Shown here: piece by piece, positions 17,293-26,887 of the stretch
How positions within the stretch are numbered: position 1 is the stretch's first letter
Layout of the letters: each line of letters starts with the position of its first letter
Source: a virus
Strand: one strand, 5' to 3'
Length of the DNA: 64,000 nt
Virus record (IMG/VR): IMGVR_UViG_3300028394_002011
Translations under genes and position numbers: made by a program
The notes under the pieces: model-generated
Told to the model about the DNA's origin: nothing
What the model saw: only the letters and a program-made list of their open reading frames with translations
Database searches by the model: none

Positions 17293-18024
17293 ATGAAAGA
17301 CTTTTTACAAGACCTAGTAGCACATACACATAGTTTGGGCTTTTTACCTTTGGTCAAGGTAAGTGCAACCGACAAAGAAACTATAATCGAATCTATGGCC
17401 GAAGATCGTAGTGTTATTTTAAATGCCAAAGCACACGAACCAGTTAGTGACTTTGAAGGCACATTTGGTATGCCTAACTTGAACAAGTTGGATATCCATC
17501 TTAAGTGTCCAGAATACAAAGAAGGTGCAACTATTAAAGTAGTTAAACAACAACGTAACGGAGAAGAAGTTCCAACAGGGTTGCATTTTATTAATGCAAC
17601 TGCTGACTTTGAAAACGATTATCGTTTCATGAACCAGGACATTATTAACGACAAATTGAAGTCAGCTAAATTCAAAGGCGCACAATGGGATATCGAATTT
17701 ATTCCTGCGGTTGCAAGTATTCAAAAATTGAAGTTCCAATCAAACGCACACAGCGAAGAGTCAGTATTCCAAGTTAAAACAGAAAATGGGCATTTGGTGT
17801 TTAGTTTTGGGGATTCAAGTACACACGCTGGAAGTTTTATTTTCCAAGCAAACGTTGTTGGTAAATTGAAACAAACTTGGTCGTGGCCTGTTAATCAAGT
17901 TCAAAGTATTCTTGGACTAAGTGGGACTGCTACTATGCGTATTGCGGATGGCGGATTGTTAAACATCAATATCGACAGTGGTGTTGCAGTATATGATTAT
18001 ATTTTGCCAGCACAATCCAAATAA
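17293..18024 (+). CDS. 45: sliding clamp / processivity factor (gp45/PCNA-like)
   Basis: About 243 aa, two-domain beta-rich pattern, PCNA-like C-terminus YDYILPA, close to polB; ATG at 17293 after GGAG. Confidence 0.6.
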   Translation: MKDFLQDLVAHTHSLGFLPLVKVSATDKETIIESMAEDRSVILNAKAHEPVSDFEGTFGMPNLNKLDIHLKCPEYKEGATIKVVKQQRNGEEVPTGLHFINATADFENDYRFMNQDIINDKLKSAKFKGAQWDIEFIPAVASIQKLKFQSNAHSEESVFQVKTENGHLVFSFGDSSTHAGSFIFQANVVGKLKQTWSWPVNQVQSILGLSGTATMRIADGGLLNINIDSGVAVYDYILPAQSK

Positions 18025-18227
18025 TGGAAACTAAAAAAAGAACAGTAGTGAGAATGTTAACATACCGTATTACAGCATGGTTGTTTACAATACTCTGGAC
18101 ATACATGTTCACCAGCGATATCAGTAGTGCTACTGGGTTTGCCACAGCACTACACGTTCTTTTAAGTATTGACTACTACATACATGAAAGAATATGGTTA
18201 AAAATAAAGTGGGGCAGAATTGAATAA
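18024..18227 (+). CDS. small membrane protein, DUF2061-like
   Basis: KRTVVRMLTYRIT...YYIHERIWLKIKWG with two hydrophobic helices. Confidence 0.7.
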   Translation: METKKRTVVRMLTYRITAWLFTILWTYMFTSDISSATGFATALHVLLSIDYYIHERIWLKIKWGRIE

Positions 18228-19944
18228 GAACTTAACAGCACATCAAAGCGATTACGCATACTTCTTGCCGGCCACGTCAGGATTTTACAGCACATACATA
18301 GGCAAACAACGTTATAACAATTACGTAGATCCTGCACGTATTCCTGCTAGCTTTGGCCCCATGGGTATTGAAGCAATGAATTATTTGAATCCCAATGCGG
18401 CATTTTACTTTGATCATTGTTTGTATTCAGCAGGTCATGCTAACTTAGATTTAACTAAGCCTGACCCAAGCGAAGATATGTTTCGTAATAGAGACCGTAA
18501 AACTAGTTGGGTATTAGGTGACTCTGGCGGTTTTCAGATTGGTAAAGGTGTATGGGCCGGAGAATGGAATGATCCATCCGGGCCAGTAGTTGCACAACGC
18601 ATGGCCGAAGCAGTTGCCAAGGGTGTAGAATTAGTGCCGCAATTACATCCAACTGGACATCCTAAAACAGACAAAAATGGTAATCCAAAATATACTAAAA
18701 TTGATCACGTTAAACTCTATCAAGCACAATTAGATGCGGCACAGAAAAAGCGTGAACAAGTATTAGCATGGATGGATGCACTGATGGATTATGGCATGGT
18801 GCTCGATATTCCAGCATGGGTCGGTCGTAGTCCAGTAGGTGCTAAGAATAGCGGTGTTGGAGATTACGATCAAGCCGTTGCCGCTACAAAATACAATAAC
18901 GAATATTTCATTAAGCATCGCACAGGTGCTTGTAAATTCTTGAATGTATTGCAAGGCGAAAATCACGCACAGGCAGAAAATTGGTATCAGCAAATGAAAG
19001 ACTTTTGCGACCCAAAGAAATACGACAAGCCATTTAATGGGTGGGCCATGGGTGGTCAGAATATGTGTGACGTAGACCTAGTACTGCGTAGACTTGTTGC
19101 ATTAAAGTTTGACGGATTATTAGAAGAAGGTCATCAAGACTGGATGCATTTTCTTGGAACAAGTAAATTAGAATGGGCATTATTACTCACAGATATTCAA
19201 CGTGCTATTCGTAAATATCATAATCCTAAATTTACAATTAGTTTTGATTGTGCTAGTCCTTTCCTTGCTACTGCTAATGGACAAATTTATGTTCAAACAG
19301 AAATTACAGATAGAGAAAAATGGCTCTATCGTATGTTGCCAAGTTTAGACCATAAGAAATACAGTAAAGACACTAGACTGTTTCAAGATGTAGTTGTGCA
19401 AGATGGACATTTTAAATCATTTACTACTAGTCCGTTAATGGACGGTGTAGAAGTTAAAGACATTTGCATCTATGGTCCTAACGATGTAAACAAAATTGGC
19501 AAGATTGGTAAGACCAGCTGGGACAGTTTTACTTATGCCATCATGATGGGGCATAATGTTTGGCTACATTTGAACAGCGTACAAGAAGCCAATCGTCAAT
19601 ATGATGCTGGATTATGTCCTGGCATGTTAGATGTTACTACAGCTATACCAAAACCATTTACAGATTACTCTCCGTTACCAAATAAATTTAGAGATGTTGT
19701 AGACGCTATCTTTAGTGCGCCAGATAGAGATTCGGCAATGGCAATTATCGATTATTATGATAAATTTTGGCAAGCTATACCTGGTACACGTGGCGCAACC
19801 GGTAAGAAAACAGTCAACGCATCAACTATATATTCCAAATTCTTTGAAGAAGTTGACCAAGATACTGTACAATTAGAAGATGATCCTGAATTTGATGATA
19901 ACAAACTAGACGAATTAGAGGCCGGTGTACATGACATTACCTGA
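18220..19944 (+). CDS. dpdA: tRNA-guanine-transglycosylase-fold enzyme, probably the DNA 7-deazaguanine transglycosylase DpdA
   Basis: All TGT catalytic motifs are present: DSGGFQ, VLDIP, VLQG, WAMGG, HFLG and SFDCASP (nucleophile Asp). No CxCxxC zinc site. folE, queE and a queD-like gene are nearby. Confidence 0.8.
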   Translation: MNKNLTAHQSDYAYFLPATSGFYSTYIGKQRYNNYVDPARIPASFGPMGIEAMNYLNPNAAFYFDHCLYSAGHANLDLTKPDPSEDMFRNRDRKTSWVLGDSGGFQIGKGVWAGEWNDPSGPVVAQRMAEAVAKGVELVPQLHPTGHPKTDKNGNPKYTKIDHVKLYQAQLDAAQKKREQVLAWMDALMDYGMVLDIPAWVGRSPVGAKNSGVGDYDQAVAATKYNNEYFIKHRTGACKFLNVLQGENHAQAENWYQQMKDFCDPKKYDKPFNGWAMGGQNMCDVDLVLRRLVALKFDGLLEEGHQDWMHFLGTSKLEWALLLTDIQRAIRKYHNPKFTISFDCASPFLATANGQIYVQTEITDREKWLYRMLPSLDHKKYSKDTRLFQDVVVQDGHFKSFTTSPLMDGVEVKDICIYGPNDVNKIGKIGKTSWDSFTYAIMMGHNVWLHLNSVQEANRQYDAGLCPGMLDVTTAIPKPFTDYSPLPNKFRDVVDAIFSAPDRDSAMAIIDYYDKFWQAIPGTRGATGKKTVNASTIYSKFFEEVDQDTVQLEDDPEFDDNKLDELEAGVHDIT

Positions 19945-20176
19945 CGAAAGATATCGAGCAGTAGTTCAAACTCAAAAATTTTTAGTTGAGATTCTGAATA
20001 CTCCTCGAGTTCCGAAAGCCATCAAAGACCGTGCAAGAAGTTGTTTGCGTCATTATCCTACTGATTGGGATATGCAACGTACCGCACTTCAGGCGCCTGA
20101 TGTATTTGCCGAACGTATGGAAGATGTGACTCGGATGTTTAAAAAGTACGAGGAAAATAAAAATGAGCAAGCGTAG
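19931..20176 (+). CDS. hypothetical protein
   Basis: ATG at 19931 (MTLPDERYRAV...LRHYP). Confidence 0.75.
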   Translation: MTLPDERYRAVVQTQKFLVEILNTPRVPKAIKDRARSCLRHYPTDWDMQRTALQAPDVFAERMEDVTRMFKKYEENKNEQA

Positions 20177-21047
20177 TCTCGTTATCGGCATGGGTATTGG
20201 ACAGTTATACAAAACTGTGTTAGAGAAACTTGGACATGATGTGGTTACAGTAGATATGGATCCATCTAAAGGTGCAGATTTTACTGACGTAAAAGATGCT
20301 ATTAGAAAATATAATTTATTTGATACTGCACACATTTGTACTCCAAACTTTACACACAAATCAATAGCTGAAGAAGTTGCCACATATACCAAAATAGTGT
20401 TTGTTGAAAAGCCAGGATTCAAAACAAGTAACGACTGGACTGGTATGATTAAGACCAGACCGTTTACACGTTTTATGATGGTCAAAAATAATATGTGGCG
20501 AGACAACATTGTTGAGTTAAAAGATTTAGCAAATAAATCTAAAAAAGTTAATCTTAATTGGATTAACAAAGATCGTATACCAAATCCAGGTAGTTGGTTT
20601 ACTAATAAAGAACTGGCATTTGGTGGTGTTAGTAGAGATTTAATGCCTCACTTGTTAAGTTGGTTTATAGTATTGGCGCCAGACTGGATTAGAGCTAACT
20701 TGACTAAGCAAACTGCATTTAAAAGGTGGACACTGGGTCAATTGACTGGCACAGATTACGGAACTGTTAATGTTAATGGCACGTATGATGTGGATGATTT
20801 TTGTCAAATTAATTTTACAGACAAATGGCAACTAACTGCTGATTGGCGAGATTTAAAATCTGATAAAAGAAATATTGAATTTGTCATGGAAGACAACAGT
20901 GTAGTAACAGTTGAATTAGGTTTGTGTCCCGAAGATGCGTATTATAATATGATCAAAGATGCTATTGATAACGTAGATAATCATTCTTTTTGGCTTAATC
21001 AATATAATCAAGATACATGGATACACGAAAGGATACAACATCTATGA
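20163..21047 (+). CDS. Gfo/Idh/MocA-family NAD(P) oxidoreductase
   Basis: VIGMGIG Rossmann, HICTPNFTH, VFVEKP, RDLMPH. Confidence 0.85.
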   Translation: MSKRSLVIGMGIGQLYKTVLEKLGHDVVTVDMDPSKGADFTDVKDAIRKYNLFDTAHICTPNFTHKSIAEEVATYTKIVFVEKPGFKTSNDWTGMIKTRPFTRFMMVKNNMWRDNIVELKDLANKSKKVNLNWINKDRIPNPGSWFTNKELAFGGVSRDLMPHLLSWFIVLAPDWIRANLTKQTAFKRWTLGQLTGTDYGTVNVNGTYDVDDFCQINFTDKWQLTADWRDLKSDKRNIEFVMEDNSVVTVELGLCPEDAYYNMIKDAIDNVDNHSFWLNQYNQDTWIHERIQHL

Positions 21048-21934
21048 TAAGATGTTTACAAACTACAGGCCAAGGTTACTTTGAAGAAGTAACTTATGAA
21101 TTGCCCCCACTAGGGCCTACTGATATTTGTGTACAGGCTATCATGACCGGTGTATGTCGTAGCGACATTGATATGATGCAAGGTAATTTTGGACCACTTC
21201 CGTTAAGTATGCAAGGTCACGAAGGCTTGGGTCAAGTAATTGAAATGGGTGCAAGTGTAACTGGTCTTGCAAAAGGCGATTTTGTTGCTACTCGTGGTGA
21301 GCCAGCATACGCAGACTATTACAATGTACGTGCTAACGAATACGTACAAGTTCCAGAAGCGCATCCAAAATATATTTTAGAACCAGTTGCTTGTGGTATT
21401 AATTGTGTTAGTCAAGCATACGAAGAATTTGAACGCAGATCCAAAGGTAAATGTTTGATCTTAGGTAGCGGATTTCTTGCTTGGGTTGTTTTTAATAATT
21501 TAAAACATCATTTTCCAGATATGGATGTTGACGCATTAGGATCTAATAACATAGATCTCTGGGGAGACACTTTGTTATTGGGGACCAGTGAAAGTTATGA
21601 CATTGTCGTGGACTTATCAGGAAAATATGATATAGGTACAGATATTAACCTAAATAACGAAGCACTAATTATAGATGCCGTTGGTAAAGCAGTAACCAAA
21701 GAAGAAGCACAACAGCAACTTTGGAAAGCTGTTACCACAGTTAAACCTAGTCCAAGAACGTCTCGATTTATCACAGCCATGCATCAAGCACGTTGGATGA
21801 TTGAAAACGGTGAACTTGAGGTTGATTCTTTTTGGACTAGAGGTTATAATAGAAACATAGAGTGGCAACAAGCGTTTGCGGATGGTAAGGATCGTCCAAA
21901 CGGTTACAGCAGAGGTTATATCAAATGGGACTAA
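21044..21934 (+). CDS. zinc-dependent medium-chain (sugar/polyol) dehydrogenase
   Basis: GVCRSD, GHEGLG, LEPVAC, LGSGFLA; lacks the structural-Zn lobe; ATG at 21044. Confidence 0.85.
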   Translation: MIRCLQTTGQGYFEEVTYELPPLGPTDICVQAIMTGVCRSDIDMMQGNFGPLPLSMQGHEGLGQVIEMGASVTGLAKGDFVATRGEPAYADYYNVRANEYVQVPEAHPKYILEPVACGINCVSQAYEEFERRSKGKCLILGSGFLAWVVFNNLKHHFPDMDVDALGSNNIDLWGDTLLLGTSESYDIVVDLSGKYDIGTDINLNNEALIIDAVGKAVTKEEAQQQLWKAVTTVKPSPRTSRFITAMHQARWMIENGELEVDSFWTRGYNRNIEWQQAFADGKDRPNGYSRGYIKWD

Positions 21935-22464
21935 ACACTGAAGAACGACAAGACGTCGTATACTTTACAGGTTATGAAGTCGAGCATACTATTTGTTATG
22001 GTATGTTTACACTATTTGTAGTGGGCACTCCTCCACTTGAAGAAATTTTGCGTAAGGCAGACGACACTCAAGCATTGTTAGACGAGTCTAAACGCATTAA
22101 ACACATTTACTTTGGCACTAGTCAAAGTTTTAATCCTAAATCGATTAGTCACGAAGAATATAAAGCGTGGGATGAAGTTATTATAGGCTGTCTAAAAGCA
22201 GACTATTGGGTTTCATTGGACTTTGGTGTTGAACACATTGAAGGTGTATTGGAATCTGCTTATAACGAATATCCTCGCTTTGTCCCCATGATTAGTGTCA
22301 AGCTACCTTACATTAATCAACTCAACTATAACGCCACACTTAAACTGGACGACCGAACTTGGGGTGCTACAAATCCAGGTGTGTGGACACATCACCTACA
22401 GAGCTTAATGGGTAAAGACAAGTATACTCATTGGGATCAGTACACACAAGATACAGCATTATGA
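21925..22464 (+). CDS. conserved-looking hypothetical protein in the deazaguanine locus
   Basis: 179 aa, overlaps both neighbours; HIYFG, LKLDD, ATNPGVW motifs. Confidence 0.75.
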   Translation: MGLNTEERQDVVYFTGYEVEHTICYGMFTLFVVGTPPLEEILRKADDTQALLDESKRIKHIYFGTSQSFNPKSISHEEYKAWDEVIIGCLKADYWVSLDFGVEHIEGVLESAYNEYPRFVPMISVKLPYINQLNYNATLKLDDRTWGATNPGVWTHHLQSLMGKDKYTHWDQYTQDTAL

Positions 22465-23009
22465 TTAAACGTATACCGGCAGGAACCCTGCTACCAAAAA
22501 AAAGAAATGACGGCTCTGACGGTCGATTTATCGAAGACGCATACGAAAAAGCAGGAAACATTATAGATCGTGTTGGGCCTGTAGATATGCCAACAGAAGG
22601 TACTGAAATAAAAAGTCATAGTATATACAGCAATTCGTCTTACTCTCAAGGTTCTATAACTATAGATAATATAAAAACTTTGCCGTGGAATAAAACTGAT
22701 ATCTATAAAAAAGTTCAGAAACAAGAAGTAGTTTTAACAGATCCAATTTTTAGGATTACTAAAGAACCTATAAGTGTTGATATGACTGATAACGAAATAC
22801 AAGAAAAATTTGAACAAGACTACAATTATATTGCCAAACAAGTATTGCAAGGTAATTCTTCTAAAGACATTTATGGACCTAATAAGTATCTAGTTGGAGA
22901 TTGTTGGGGCCATGAAAATTCTGTTAGAATTAGAATTCCAGTTAAATCTATGAAAAAAATTATAAGCATCTCTCGTACATCTCAATCTAGAGAAAGGTTC
23001 TTTGACTAA
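22461..23009 (+). CDS. PD-(D/E)xK endonuclease, MutH/Sau3AI-like
   Basis: GRFIED...GPVD...GTEIKS, then WxKTxIYKK and EQDYNYIxxQVLQG, which follow the MutH/Sau3AI pattern; ATG at 22461. Confidence 0.55.
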   Translation: MIKRIPAGTLLPKKRNDGSDGRFIEDAYEKAGNIIDRVGPVDMPTEGTEIKSHSIYSNSSYSQGSITIDNIKTLPWNKTDIYKKVQKQEVVLTDPIFRITKEPISVDMTDNEIQEKFEQDYNYIAKQVLQGNSSKDIYGPNKYLVGDCWGHENSVRIRIPVKSMKKIISISRTSQSRERFFD

Positions 23010-23010
23010 A

Positions 23011-23406
23011 ATGATTATTAAACAAGACCTTCGACCACTTAAAATGATTTGGGTTACCTTTCAAAAAGAAGGAATCCATTGTTATCCGGCCGCGGCCACA
23101 GACCCTAACTTAGCAACAGGAGATCAATATGATGTATCGTTTCTTGCTAGTCCTCATCGTCATATCTTTCATTTTAGGGTATGGCTTAGTGTCACCCACA
23201 ATGACAGAGATGTGGAGTTCATCCAGTTTAAGCGATGGCTTGAACAACTGTATTCTAGCACACAAGGTGTTTTGTCGCTAGATCACAAGAGTTGCGAAAT
23301 GATGTCGGACGAATTGTACGACACTATTTCACAAAAGTATCCAAGCCGTGAGGTTTGGATTGAAGTCTCCGAAGACGGAGAAAATGGTTCGTTTATCAAG
23401 TACTAA
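23011..23406 (+). CDS. dpdL: QueD-like T-fold protein (DpdL type)
   Basis: LASPHRHIF fits LxxxHRHxF; RDVEFIQFK, SCEM, C-terminal SEDGENG; ATG at 23011. Confidence 0.7.
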   Translation: MIIKQDLRPLKMIWVTFQKEGIHCYPAAATDPNLATGDQYDVSFLASPHRHIFHFRVWLSVTHNDRDVEFIQFKRWLEQLYSSTQGVLSLDHKSCEMMSDELYDTISQKYPSREVWIEVSEDGENGSFIKY

Positions 23407-23417
23407 GGAAAGCTACA

Positions 23418-23666
23418 ATGGCTAAGAATTACAAAGACATCAATTATTTTGAAACTCGCCCGGATATCGTTAAGATTTTCGATGAACTAGAATCCTTTCT
23501 TAACTTCTGTAGGATTGAATTGTTCCCTTACAACGAAGCTGACCTGTACAACAGAGAAAGCTGGGTGTGGCGCAACTACGAAAAGAGCAAGCGTCCAAAG
23601 AAAGCATGGACCGGCGAGAAAAAACCTTATCAAGGCAATCGTCCGTTTGTTAACAGAAACCAATGA
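23418..23666 (+). CDS. hypothetical protein
   Basis: 82-aa ORF with a GGAAAG SD, coupled to the downstream GT. Confidence 0.75.
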   Translation: MAKNYKDINYFETRPDIVKIFDELESFLNFCRIELFPYNEADLYNRESWVWRNYEKSKRPKKAWTGEKKPYQGNRPFVNRNQ

Positions 23667-24763
23667 ACGTATTCATAATTGATCTAGAAGCTGTTGAAAC
23701 ACGGTACACGGGACAATGGAAGTCCCATGTACCTAACCTCTTACGAAAGGCAGGACACCATGTTCAAATTATCTCTGGTCCTACGGACATTCCTACAGCC
23801 ACTACTCCTGGCGCCTTTCTTAATTTTGGTGGTACCAATATATACAAGGCTAGTCAGGTTGAGCAAATGGGCCGTTTATTTTGTAACGGAGCCGTTCATC
23901 CCGGCGATCACTTTGTTTTTACTGATGCTTGGCATCCTGGTATCATAAATTTAAAATACATGAGTGAGTTATTGGGTATTCCAATAACCACACATGGCTT
24001 ATGGCATGCTGGCAGTTATGATCCTCAAGATTTCCTAGGACGTCTTGTTGGAAACAAACCTTGGGTACGTAATGCGGAGAAAAGTTTCTTCCACGCATTT
24101 GACCACAACTATTTTGCTACCGATTTTCATATTGAGTTATTTCATAGGGAATTACTTAACGGCGGGTTCCAAACAGAAAATCCCTGGTATGAAGAGGAAC
24201 TGAGTGAGATACTAGCCGGCGAGTATACTAAAATTATACGTACTGGTTGGCCCATGGAATATATGCACGATACTTTGTTACCGTACAAGGGTATGCAAAA
24301 ACGTGACTTAATTTTATTTCCGCACAGGATTTCTCCAGAAAAACAAGTTGAAATTTTTAGAGATCTCGCTACTCATTTACCACAATACGAATTTGTAGTT
24401 TGTCAAGATCAACATCTAACAAAAAATGAATATCATAACTTGTTAGGCGAAGCAAAGATGGTGTTTAGTGCTAACTTACAAGAAACTTTAGGCATTAGTT
24501 GCTACGAAGGTGCAGTAGTTGATGCTATACCACTAGTACCTGATAGACTTAGTTATACTGAGATGTATTCGGATACGTTTAAGTACCCAAGTGTATGGAC
24601 TGAAAATTTTGAATCATATCAAACACATCGTCCTAATTTATGTTTTGCAATTATGCAACACATGGATCATTATTCTACACGTATTCCGCAAATTAAAAAA
24701 CAAACGGAGGTGTTACATGAGCAGTTCTTCTCAGCAACCAGACTCATCGATAACATTAAGTGA
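23663..24763 (+). CDS. GT-B fold glycosyltransferase (GT4-like)
   Basis: C-terminal FPHRISPEKQ...SANLQETLGISCYEGAVVDAIPLVPDRLSYTE matches the GT-B Ex7E region; N-terminal DAWHPG and WHAGSYD. Confidence 0.85.
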   Translation: MNVFIIDLEAVETRYTGQWKSHVPNLLRKAGHHVQIISGPTDIPTATTPGAFLNFGGTNIYKASQVEQMGRLFCNGAVHPGDHFVFTDAWHPGIINLKYMSELLGIPITTHGLWHAGSYDPQDFLGRLVGNKPWVRNAEKSFFHAFDHNYFATDFHIELFHRELLNGGFQTENPWYEEELSEILAGEYTKIIRTGWPMEYMHDTLLPYKGMQKRDLILFPHRISPEKQVEIFRDLATHLPQYEFVVCQDQHLTKNEYHNLLGEAKMVFSANLQETLGISCYEGAVVDAIPLVPDRLSYTEMYSDTFKYPSVWTENFESYQTHRPNLCFAIMQHMDHYSTRIPQIKKQTEVLHEQFFSATRLIDNIK

Positions 24764-25133
24764 CACTTACACTATCGATGTAAGCAACATGTCTACTTTT
24801 AATTTTACCAATAATGATACTATTACATTAACTGGTTATAGCCCTTGCACCGTGTCGTATCCTACTCATTATAGTAGCCCGTCAACTTTGACTACTACAC
24901 AAATTTCAAGTTTGACTACTGCACAACTGGGTTCAATAACTAGTATAGATACATCAGCGTTTACAATAAGTTTTCCGGAAGAGTGGGTCAATTGTTTTCC
25001 TGAGTTTAAACGTATTGAAAAAATGTGTGAAGAATATCCTGGATTAAAGATAGCCTACGAAAAATTTGTAACAACTTATAAACTAGTAACAGATCACTAT
25101 GATACTCCAAAAGATAAAAGACCTAAGCCTTAA
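24717..25133 (+). CDS. hypothetical protein with Ser/Thr-rich N-terminus
   Basis: ATG at 24717 after GGAGG; overlaps the GT end by 47 nt. Confidence 0.7.
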   Translation: MSSSSQQPDSSITLSDTYTIDVSNMSTFNFTNNDTITLTGYSPCTVSYPTHYSSPSTLTTTQISSLTTAQLGSITSIDTSAFTISFPEEWVNCFPEFKRIEKMCEEYPGLKIAYEKFVTTYKLVTDHYDTPKDKRPKP

Positions 25134-25575
25134 TTGGTTGGAGAGGCTAGACCGCAAACGCATCATTATGGATCGGCAGTGTAACGAGCCGTTGTTGACT
25201 CGTTATTACTTATTTTTAAAAGAACGTAAGCATTTTCCATTCAATGTGTTCTTACACAAGTTTCACAAAGGCGATCCTGGTGATGTGCATGATCATCCGT
25301 GGCCGTATGCTACACTAATATTAAAAGGCGGTTACTATGAATACACTCCTAATTTCGAACATGGCAAGATGGTTGGAGAAACTAAGCATTGGCGTGGTCC
25401 TGGTCACTGGCGCATTTGCAGTGCTAACAGCTACCATCGTATCGAATTGGTTCTTGGAATAACTGCTTGGACTTTGTTTATGCCAGGTCCGCAACGTCAA
25501 GAATGGGGATTTTTAGTGAACAACAAATGGATACACAATGACCAATACCTTGAAGACCGTAAACAAAATGTCTAG
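25099..25575 (+). CDS. cupin-fold protein
   Basis: LHKFH...VHDHPW...ILKGGYYE...HRIEL...WTLF metal-binding cupin pattern. Confidence 0.75.
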   Translation: MILQKIKDLSLNWLERLDRKRIIMDRQCNEPLLTRYYLFLKERKHFPFNVFLHKFHKGDPGDVHDHPWPYATLILKGGYYEYTPNFEHGKMVGETKHWRGPGHWRICSANSYHRIELVLGITAWTLFMPGPQRQEWGFLVNNKWIHNDQYLEDRKQNV

Positions 25576-25963
25576 GACTCCACCACAAGCTGTAGTTGGT
25601 ATTACTACGCATGGGTTGTACGGTGCCGTTCCTCCGCAATTAAGCGGGCAGGTTTATACAACTAACACTACAGCTGGACAGTTTTTAACATCAACTGGTA
25701 ACGGCACAAGCTGGACTAATAACCCCGTTGACAATGTAATGGTTGTTAGTAATAATCCGGCCGAATTAGAAGTTAAAGGTCGAATGGTATTAAACGGGAG
25801 AGATTTGGAAGAACGGTTGGACACAATCGAAAAAGTCTTGCAAATTCCTGAAAGAGATGTTATACTTGAGAAGAAACATCCAAAGTTAAAAAAGTTATAT
25901 GACGACTATATTAACGCATTGGGTAAGTATAGAACATTTGAATCAATCAAAGGAGATGAATAA
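25568..25963 (+). CDS. hypothetical protein
   Basis: ATG at 25568 (MSRTPPQ). Confidence 0.7.
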   Translation: MSRTPPQAVVGITTHGLYGAVPPQLSGQVYTTNTTAGQFLTSTGNGTSWTNNPVDNVMVVSNNPAELEVKGRMVLNGRDLEERLDTIEKVLQIPERDVILEKKHPKLKKLYDDYINALGKYRTFESIKGDE

Positions 25964-26196
25964 TGGAATTACATGAATCAGTTAAAGGTACGTATACAGA
26001 AACCCTTATCAAAGAACAAGACGGATTTCGTCTTGTGTTAAAAAAACACGAAGTACTTGCTCCTAAAGGGTTGTTCAGCGTCAACATGGAACAACAAACA
26101 TTAGGACTCAACGGCGAAGTTCGAGATACAGCAGTATATAATTTCTTTATGACCAAAGAAGAAATATCAAAATTGGCTTCAGCGTTAACAGCATGA
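25963..26196 (+). CDS. hypothetical protein
   Basis: 77 aa, GGAG SD, TAATG coupling. Confidence 0.75.
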   Translation: MELHESVKGTYTETLIKEQDGFRLVLKKHEVLAPKGLFSVNMEQQTLGLNGEVRDTAVYNFFMTKEEISKLASALTA

Positions 26197-26684
26197 ACAA
26201 GATCTATTACACTTGGCAACAAGTAGAAGGTGCATGTTTAGAAATTGCTAGACAAATGCATGTTCATTATTGGCGGCCAGATTATATAGTGGGCATTACA
26301 CGCGGCGGTCTTGTTCCTGCTAATTTATTGAGTCAGTACACAGGCATTAAAATGAACAGCCTAGACATTAGTCTACGAGATGGCGGCGATTGTGTTAGTA
26401 ATTTGGGTATGGCCGAAGATGCATTTAACGGTAAAAAGATTCTTATAGTCGATGATATTAACGATCAAGGATCCACTGTTAATTGGATTAAACAAGATTG
26501 GCCAAGTGGTTGTTTTCCCGACGATCCTAAATGGGTAGGCATCTGGGGAGATAATGTTCGATTTGCAGTTTTAACACACAATCAATCAAGTCAGTTTAAA
26601 GATCCAGACTATTATGTATGGGCTGTAAACAAAGCAGAAGAAGATTGTTGGTTAGTTTATCCTTGGGAGGAGTTTTGGTTATGA
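26193..26684 (+). CDS. type I purine phosphoribosyltransferase (Gpt-like)
   Basis: IVGITRGGLVPA, PRPP-binding ILIVDDINDQGST, C-terminal WLVYPWE typical of xanthine-guanine PRT. Confidence 0.85.
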   Translation: MNKIYYTWQQVEGACLEIARQMHVHYWRPDYIVGITRGGLVPANLLSQYTGIKMNSLDISLRDGGDCVSNLGMAEDAFNGKKILIVDDINDQGSTVNWIKQDWPSGCFPDDPKWVGIWGDNVRFAVLTHNQSSQFKDPDYYVWAVNKAEEDCWLVYPWEEFWL

Positions 26685-26878
26685 CATCAGCATTTATTAA
26701 ATTAATTTTAGGCATTGCACTAATTGTAATTGTTGTTGTGTTTGGCCCCATTGTAGGAATATGGAGCTTAAACACGCTATTTCCTGTGTTGCAGATACCA
26801 TTAACAGTAGAAACATGGTGTGCATTTTTCTTACTATTTGGAAGCATAACAGGCTTACGAATTGGTACAAACAAGTAA
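26681..26878 (+). CDS. small membrane protein
   Basis: ATG at 26681; two hydrophobic helices. Confidence 0.7.
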   Translation: MTSAFIKLILGIALIVIVVVFGPIVGIWSLNTLFPVLQIPLTVETWCAFFLLFGSITGLRIGTNK

Positions 26879-26887
26879 AGGAATAAT

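Noticed and set aside
18220-19944. Reading the TGT as a tRNA queuosine-insertion enzyme
   Set aside because: No zinc-binding CxCxxC, an archaeal-like DIP pocket, location in the replication operon next to DpdL, and no tRNA genes in the window. Not fully excluded without an assay.
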